From positions 1 to 20,418 of the forward strand of contig JBFGJG010000064.1 of assembly GCA_041577295.1 (NCBI GenBank): DNA of 20,418 bases, given 5' to 3'. Origin of the DNA: Gemmatimonadales bacterium. Its GTDB lineage: Bacteria > Gemmatimonadota > Gemmatimonadetes > Gemmatimonadales > GWC2-71-9. The translations under genes and the position numbers were made by a program. Under the pieces are notes generated by a model. The model was not told the origin of the DNA and did not search any database. It was given only the letters and a program-made list of their open reading frames with translations. This document shows positions 15,533-20,418 of this stretch, in pieces (positions within the stretch are counted from its first letter, which is position 1; each line of letters opens with the position of its first letter).

Positions 15533-15669
15533 TCACGCGCCACCACGAAGACCGATCCAGCCGCCGAGTGTCGGGCGCGCGGTTGCGCTACACTTCGCGC
15601 CTTTCGGTACTCGGCGGGCCGAGCGTACCTTGTAGTATTGCGGCGGCCACCATTTTGAGGAGTCCGCCG

Positions 15670-15999
15670 ATGCCGGTGACGGCAAAGCTGTCGAAGGCCT
15701 TTTACGAGCGACTGGGCGAGCAGATTGCCAACGAGCTCGTGGATTGGTTCAACGCGGTGGACGCGACTTATCGCAACGATCTGCGAGAACTGAACGAGGC
15801 GAACTTCGCTCGGTTCGATGCCAAGCTGGAGCAGCGAATCACGGAACTGCGGTCCGAGCTGCTGGCCGAATTTCGCACCGGATTGACCAATCTCGAAGCG
15901 CGCCTCGAGCGCCGTATCGCCCGGTCACACGCGGACTTCATCAAGTGGAGCTTCGTGTTCTGGGCGGCTGCCATCGCCGCGATCGTAGGATTGCGGTAG
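15670..15999 (+). CDS. DUF1640/CCDC90-like coiled-coil protein with C-terminal TM anchor, paralog 2 (109 aa)
   Basis: GAGGAG RBS; MPVTAKLSKAFYERLG...VDWFNAVD...LRELNEANFARFDAKLEQR...FIKWSFVFW; clear homolog of the upstream gene. Confidence 0.85.
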   Translation: MPVTAKLSKAFYERLGEQIANELVDWFNAVDATYRNDLRELNEANFARFDAKLEQRITELRSELLAEFRTGLTNLEARLERRIARSHADFIKWSFVFWAAAIAAIVGLR

Positions 16000-16022
16000 G
16001 CGACGGACTTTCCACCTCATAA

Positions 16023-16081
16023 TTCCCGCGTTAAAGCCCGGGCTCGGCAACGTGAGCCTTAAAGGGCTCTCCCCCGCCCCC
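16023..16081. repeat. REP-like palindromic repeat, copy 2
   Basis: ttcccgcgttaaagcccgggctcggcaacgtgagccttaaagggctctcccccgccccc between convergent genes. Confidence 0.85.
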
Positions 16082-16086
16082 GGTGG

Positions 16087-18723
16087 TCAATTCCCCACCT
16101 TCTGCTGCACCTCCTCGAAGAAGTTCACGATGACGTGAATCTCATAAGCAACGGCGTCAGGGTTGGCGAGGCCCAGCAGGAAGCCCTGACCGTCGGGACG
16201 CACATCGTACGCATAGGCCGCGGCCAGCGGTGCGTCAAAGAGCTTGCGCTCCGCTCCGTATGCGAAGCGTTGCAGGGACGCCGTGATCGGCACGGCGTAC
16301 AACGCCGCACCCGTGCCTTCCTCCCGCCAGTAATACAACGTTCGTCCGTCCCGCGACCAGCGAGGGTTGTTGCCTCCGCTCCGTGACACCTGAAATCGTT
16401 CTCTCGCCTCCGGCCAACGGGACACAAAGATCTGCGGTTCGCCCTGGCTTTCGTCCGAGGTGTAGGCGATCCATCGCCCATCGGGAGAAAATCGGGGGTC
16501 GCTTTCGTTGGCTTCTGTGGTCAAAAAAGGAATCGCTCGCGTACTGTCCCCCAACTGCAGCAGCCAGATATCGTTTCGAGTCTCCGCCTCCGGCATTGCG
16601 GTGGCAAGCCACTGACCGTCGGGCGACCACGACGTGACATGCACGTGGCGTTCATTGCGGAACACGACCTGGGCTGGTTCTGGGGAGTCGAGCGTCTTCA
16701 CGAGGATCTGGCGCTCACGGCCCTGACTGTAGGCGCTATACGCGAGCCGCGCGCCGTCCGGCGACCACACCGGCGTTTCTTCCTCCGCAAGGTCGAACGT
16801 GATGCGCTGCTGCGCGCCGTCGCGAGTGTTCACAATCCACACGTCGTCGTTGTCGCGTTGACGCACCGTGGCTGCGACTCTGGAACCGTCGGGAGAAATC
16901 TCGGGCTGATCTGTCGACATTGGTTGACCCAGCGCCCCGACATCCTGTCCATCGTGGTTCCACCAGCGGAACATCCCCAACTCTTGCGCGACACCCTGGA
17001 CGAACACCGCCGTGCCATTCGCCGAGACGGCAAATGATGCGGCGCCGATATCCGCGCCGAGGCGCAGGCCCTCCAGAATCGGAACCGCGTCCCCCGTTGG
17101 CCGACGCCGCTTGAGGTCGAACGGTAAGGCAAACAAGGCACCGTTTTCCCGTACGAAGAGCACGTGACCCGACGGCACGTACCGTCCGTACGTCGCCTGT
17201 TCCATCACCACGATCCGCTCGTGGGTTGCGAGATCCTCCAGCACGACGCGCGCATCGTCCCATCCCAGACTCGGACCATTGACTGTGAAGAGCAGGAGAT
17301 CACCGGAAAGGCGCTGCGGCCAGCTATGTTGCGTCTCGCCCGCATCGTGATCGATTGTGGTGACGCGGATGAAGCTTCCGCCTTCGGCGGGAATGGAAAA
17401 GATGCCCTGCCCCCCGGACACCAGGATGGAATCGTTCGACCAATCAACAGTTCCTCCCGGATTGGCGGCCCCGGCAATCGGTGTCGCGGAGCCGCCACTG
17501 ACGCGGAGCTTCCACATTTGGTTTTCGTATCGAAGGCCGAGCCACTGGCCGTCATCGGAAAACACGGGTGAATCACCGTCACCCTCGAAGCGAACTTCCG
17601 CCGCAAAGCTGTCGAGGTTCCGTAGGTAGAGCTTCCGATCGCTGAAGTACGCGATCGAACGTCCATCGGGCGAGATGGCCAGCTGTGGACGCCAGCCCCA
17701 GTTCATCACGTGCCCGTTCGGAACGGGGAACGTGAACTTGATCACCTCGTTACTGGGCCCGGCCTCAGGCCTCACCCAGCCCAAGACCGCGACCACTCCA
17801 AGGAGGGCAACGAGGGCGGCGAATACGGCGATCACCCGTCGTGACTCCTTCGGACCGCGTCCTCCGCTCGGCACGTGGGGGGCGGTGAAGTGGGGATTCT
17901 TCAGTGCTTCGGCGAAGGCATCAGCACTTTCAAACCGATCCGCCGCCAACCGTTCCAGCGCCTTGGCCACCGCCGCCGCCACGTTCGGTGGCACCGCCTT
18001 GCGCGCCTTCGTCACCGGCTGTGCTTCTTCCGTCACGATCTTCATGATGATCTGCTGCGCCGAAGAGCCCACATGTGGCGGGCTGCCCGTGAGCATCTCG
18101 TAGAGCACCGCACCCAACGAGTAGATGTCCGAGCGATTGGTGAGATCCTTCTCGGCCGTCGCCTGTTCGGGACTCATGTAATGCGGCGTGCCGAGTGAGA
18201 GCCCGGTCTCCGTCATGCGGCCGCCGGCTGCTGCGCTCACCGCTAAGGCGATGCCGAAGTCCGCCACCATGGGGCGCCCATCGTGCAGCAGGATGTTCTC
18301 GGGCTTGATGTCGCGGTGAATTACATCCTGGCGATGCGCGGAGTCGAGCGCCTCGGCGACCTCGGTGGTGATCTTCACCGCTTCGTCGATCGAGAGCTGC
18401 TTCTCGCGATTGAGCTTGCCCCGCAGCGTCTCGCCCTCGATGTAGGGCATGACGTAATAGAGGAATCCATCGGCTTCGCCTGAATCGAACAGCGGCAGGA
18501 TGTTCGGATGCTGGAGATTGGCCGTGGTCTTGATCTCCTGCACGAACCGGTCGGCGCCTAAAACGGCGGCGAGCTCCGGCTTCAAGACTTTGATGGCGAC
18601 TTTGCGGTCGTGTTTGAGATCCTGCGCCAGGTAGACGGTGGCCATGCCGCCGGCGCCGAGCTCGCGCTCGATCTGGTAGCGATCGGCGAGGGCTGCGGCG
18701 AGACGAGTGAGGGCGTCAGACAT
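16087..18723 (-). CDS. Hanks-type Ser/Thr protein kinase with TM helix and TolB-like/PD40 beta-propeller region (878 aa)
   Basis: GAGGMATV, VAIKVL, HRDIKPEN, DFG, GTPHYMSPE all intact; TM VIAVFAALVALLGVVAVLGW; repeated SPDG/WSPDG PD40 motifs. Confidence 0.95.
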   Translation of the reverse strand: MSDALTRLAAALADRYQIERELGAGGMATVYLAQDLKHDRKVAIKVLKPELAAVLGADRFVQEIKTTANLQHPNILPLFDSGEADGFLYYVMPYIEGETLRGKLNREKQLSIDEAVKITTEVAEALDSAHRQDVIHRDIKPENILLHDGRPMVADFGIALAVSAAAGGRMTETGLSLGTPHYMSPEQATAEKDLTNRSDIYSLGAVLYEMLTGSPPHVGSSAQQIIMKIVTEEAQPVTKARKAVPPNVAAAVAKALERLAADRFESADAFAEALKNPHFTAPHVPSGGRGPKESRRVIAVFAALVALLGVVAVLGWVRPEAGPSNEVIKFTFPVPNGHVMNWGWRPQLAISPDGRSIAYFSDRKLYLRNLDSFAAEVRFEGDGDSPVFSDDGQWLGLRYENQMWKLRVSGGSATPIAGAANPGGTVDWSNDSILVSGGQGIFSIPAEGGSFIRVTTIDHDAGETQHSWPQRLSGDLLLFTVNGPSLGWDDARVVLEDLATHERIVVMEQATYGRYVPSGHVLFVRENGALFALPFDLKRRRPTGDAVPILEGLRLGADIGAASFAVSANGTAVFVQGVAQELGMFRWWNHDGQDVGALGQPMSTDQPEISPDGSRVAATVRQRDNDDVWIVNTRDGAQQRITFDLAEEETPVWSPDGARLAYSAYSQGRERQILVKTLDSPEPAQVVFRNERHVHVTSWSPDGQWLATAMPEAETRNDIWLLQLGDSTRAIPFLTTEANESDPRFSPDGRWIAYTSDESQGEPQIFVSRWPEARERFQVSRSGGNNPRWSRDGRTLYYWREEGTGAALYAVPITASLQRFAYGAERKLFDAPLAAAYAYDVRPDGQGFLLGLANPDAVAYEIHVIVNFFEEVQQKVGN

Positions 18724-18785
18724 GATGACTTAAGATGGGGCGAAAGGACGGAAGGTGGGAAGGCGGACGGGCGGTAAACCAATCC

Positions 18786-18920
18786 GGTTACGCATCGCGT
18801 AGTCCCGGGCTAAAAGCCCGGGCTCGGCAACGTGAGCCCTAAAGGGCTCTTCCCGGCCCCCCAAGCCCTTCAGGGCGCCGTTGGCATTGATGCGAGCCAA
18901 GCCTGCGGTTTACGGGACGA
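18786..18920. repeat. REP-like palindromic repeat, copy 3, with degenerate inverted partner
   Basis: ggttacgcatcgcgtagtcccgggctaaaagcccgggctcggcaacgtgagccctaaagggctcttcccggcccc, followed by aagcccttcagggcgccgttggc...cgggac (decayed reverse complement). Confidence 0.8.
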
Positions 18921-18957
18921 GATGCGGCGCACTGTCGTTGCGTAGTCATGGCGCCCC

Positions 18958-20418
18958 TCATGAGGGTGCCTCTCCCGTCAGCCGTTGAAGGGCCTTGCGG
19001 GCCTCCGTGACCAAGGGCTGAAGCAAGTCGTCGGCATAGCGCCACACGTTCACAACGAATGTGTAATCGCTGATCGCTTTGTCCGGGTTGCCGAGCCCCT
19101 CGTGAACCCGTGCCCGTTCGAGTCGCCAGACGACCTCGCCAGGCAGGCGAGGGCCGATGACGTTCGTCGAGCCTGCATCTAAGAGCTGCGCCGCATCTCG
19201 CGCACTCCCCGATGCCGTGAGCAACTGGGCGTGCGCCAACCTGCGGTGGTAACACAGGCTCCTACACTCGTGATACTCCGGAATCCGACTCGCCAGGCGC
19301 TGAGCATCGGTCGTATCGCGGCGTGCGAGGGCGAAGTAGAAGTCCGCTTCTGCCACGAGTGATGTGGCCAATCCGAGTTGGCTCCACCTGATGTCCGACT
19401 CGAAGGACGCTCGGGCCTGCTCGATAGCGGTGGTATCTCCGATACTCGCCCACCAGGGCATTGGCACTTGGCGCTGCCACCAGGGAAATCCTGCAAACAC
19501 GTGAGCGGCTCTCTCGCGTGGGACTGCCCCCAATAGTGCCAGCTCGGTGAACACCGCGTGGCTCAGAAACCCTCCTTGGTCCTCGACGAGCTTCTTCGCC
19601 TCCTGCAAGTGGCCGCGAAACGCGAGGATCCACGCCAGTTGCTCGCGAGCGGACTCACCCGCACTGCTGGGGGAGCGCTTTGCGTAAAGGGCCCGTGCGA
19701 CCCGAATCGCCGGCTGCGCAGAATCTGGCAGCGTCACCAGGGGAAACCACGCCTCTTGAAGTGCCTCAGCCGATGCGGTATCGAGCAGCATCTCGACTTC
19801 TGGCGACGTGGCACGCGCCGGATCCAACATGGCGTCGACGATGCGAAGCCGCGTCGCAACAGCGTCGCTTGGTCCGAGGGCCAGCATTGCAGCGATAGAT
19901 CTCCGAGCTGGCTCGATTTCCTGCAACCATCCCTGCAATTGAATCAGGTGTACATAGGCGGGGGCGAAGGTGGAATCGAGCTCAACCACTCGTGCGAGGC
20001 TTTCGCGCAGCCGTTCTGCGGCTCGTCCGTACACAGGGGTGTGGAAGCGCGCTTCAGCGAGGCGATACTGTATCTCCGGATCGTTGGGGTAGTGACGGTC
20101 CACACGTTCCAGCGTTGCAAACAGTCGCTGGATCATGGTCCATGTTGTCGAGTCGGGCGCGGGCGATCGATTGACGGCTGCGAAGATCGAGTCGGCTGCC
20201 ACAAGCAGGCTTTCGCGGACAGCAAGTCCCCGGTTGAGCGCGCCCGCTCGAAATAGCAGCTCATAGTACGGACGCACGGCCGGAGCCCCGGGCCACCAAG
20301 CCACGTTGCCCATGCGGTTGTAGGCCAGTGCAAACGTGGAGTCCAACTCGATCGCTCGCTGGTAGTAGAAGTCGGCCGAATCCAAGGACGCGCGCCGCCA
20401 GTGCTGCTCACCCTGGAG
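18958..20418 (-). CDS. TPR-repeat protein, 5'-truncated by window edge (likely C-terminal sensor part of a kinase or BTAD regulator)
   Basis: Frame open to 20418 (LQGEQHWRRASLDSADFYYQRAIELDSTFALAY...); TPR motifs ELDSTFAPAY and LERARVHEGLGNPDKAISDY...WRYADDLLQPLVTEARKAL. Confidence 0.85.
   Translation of the reverse strand, partial: LQGEQHWRRASLDSADFYYQRAIELDSTFALAYNRMGNVAWWPGAPAVRPYYELLFRAGALNRGLAVRESLLVAADSIFAAVNRSPAPDSTTWTMIQRLFATLERVDRHYPNDPEIQYRLAEARFHTPVYGRAAERLRESLARVVELDSTFAPAYVHLIQLQGWLQEIEPARRSIAAMLALGPSDAVATRLRIVDAMLDPARATSPEVEMLLDTASAEALQEAWFPLVTLPDSAQPAIRVARALYAKRSPSSAGESAREQLAWILAFRGHLQEAKKLVEDQGGFLSHAVFTELALLGAVPRERAAHVFAGFPWWQRQVPMPWWASIGDTTAIEQARASFESDIRWSQLGLATSLVAEADFYFALARRDTTDAQRLASRIPEYHECRSLCYHRRLAHAQLLTASGSARDAAQLLDAGSTNVIGPRLPGEVVWRLERARVHEGLGNPDKAISDYTFVVNVWRYADDLLQPLVTEARKALQRLTGEAPS

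Noticed and set aside
15185..15999. DGR template/variable repeat pair
   Set aside because: Differences between the paralogs are mostly synonymous and not adenine-specific; no reverse transcriptase is present.
15031..18920. REP-like copies as CRISPR repeats or IS ends
   Set aside because: Copies are 1-2.8 kb apart with whole genes between them, in direct orientation, and no transposase is present.

Overview
GC-rich (roughly 60-65% by eye) bacterial chromosomal window. The gene style suggests Gemmatimonadota (inference): BTAD-TM-TolB/TPR regulator, Ser/Thr kinase with PD40 propeller, MPVTAK-type coiled-coil paralogs, Uma2. In order, it contains: a membrane-spanning SARP/BTAD-TPR regulator, a small lipoprotein, an uncharacterised radical SAM enzyme, a DRG/OBG-type GTPase with TGS domain, a heptamer tandem repeat, an orphan HicB, a Uma2 endonuclease, an unannotated 59-aa helical ORF, a long XRE regulator divergent from an ABM-fold gene (clear sigma70 promoter plus palindromic operator) followed by two microproteins, a PAS-PAS-GGDEF diguanylate cyclase with an upstream CRP/FNR-like box, tRNA-Ser(GGA) with terminator, two exported membrane-anchored proteins, a GH130 lipoprotein, an unannotated 54-aa CxxC/CxC ORF, two tandem DUF1640-like paralogs bracketed by REP-like palindromic repeats, a Ser/Thr kinase and the 3' part of a TPR protein. 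No integrase, transposase, CRISPR array or rRNA was seen. No single novel system can be proven from sequence alone. The best leads are the XRE/operator/ABM/microprotein module, the repeat-bracketed small-gene cassettes, the motif-altered DRG-like GTPase and the hidden small ORFs.
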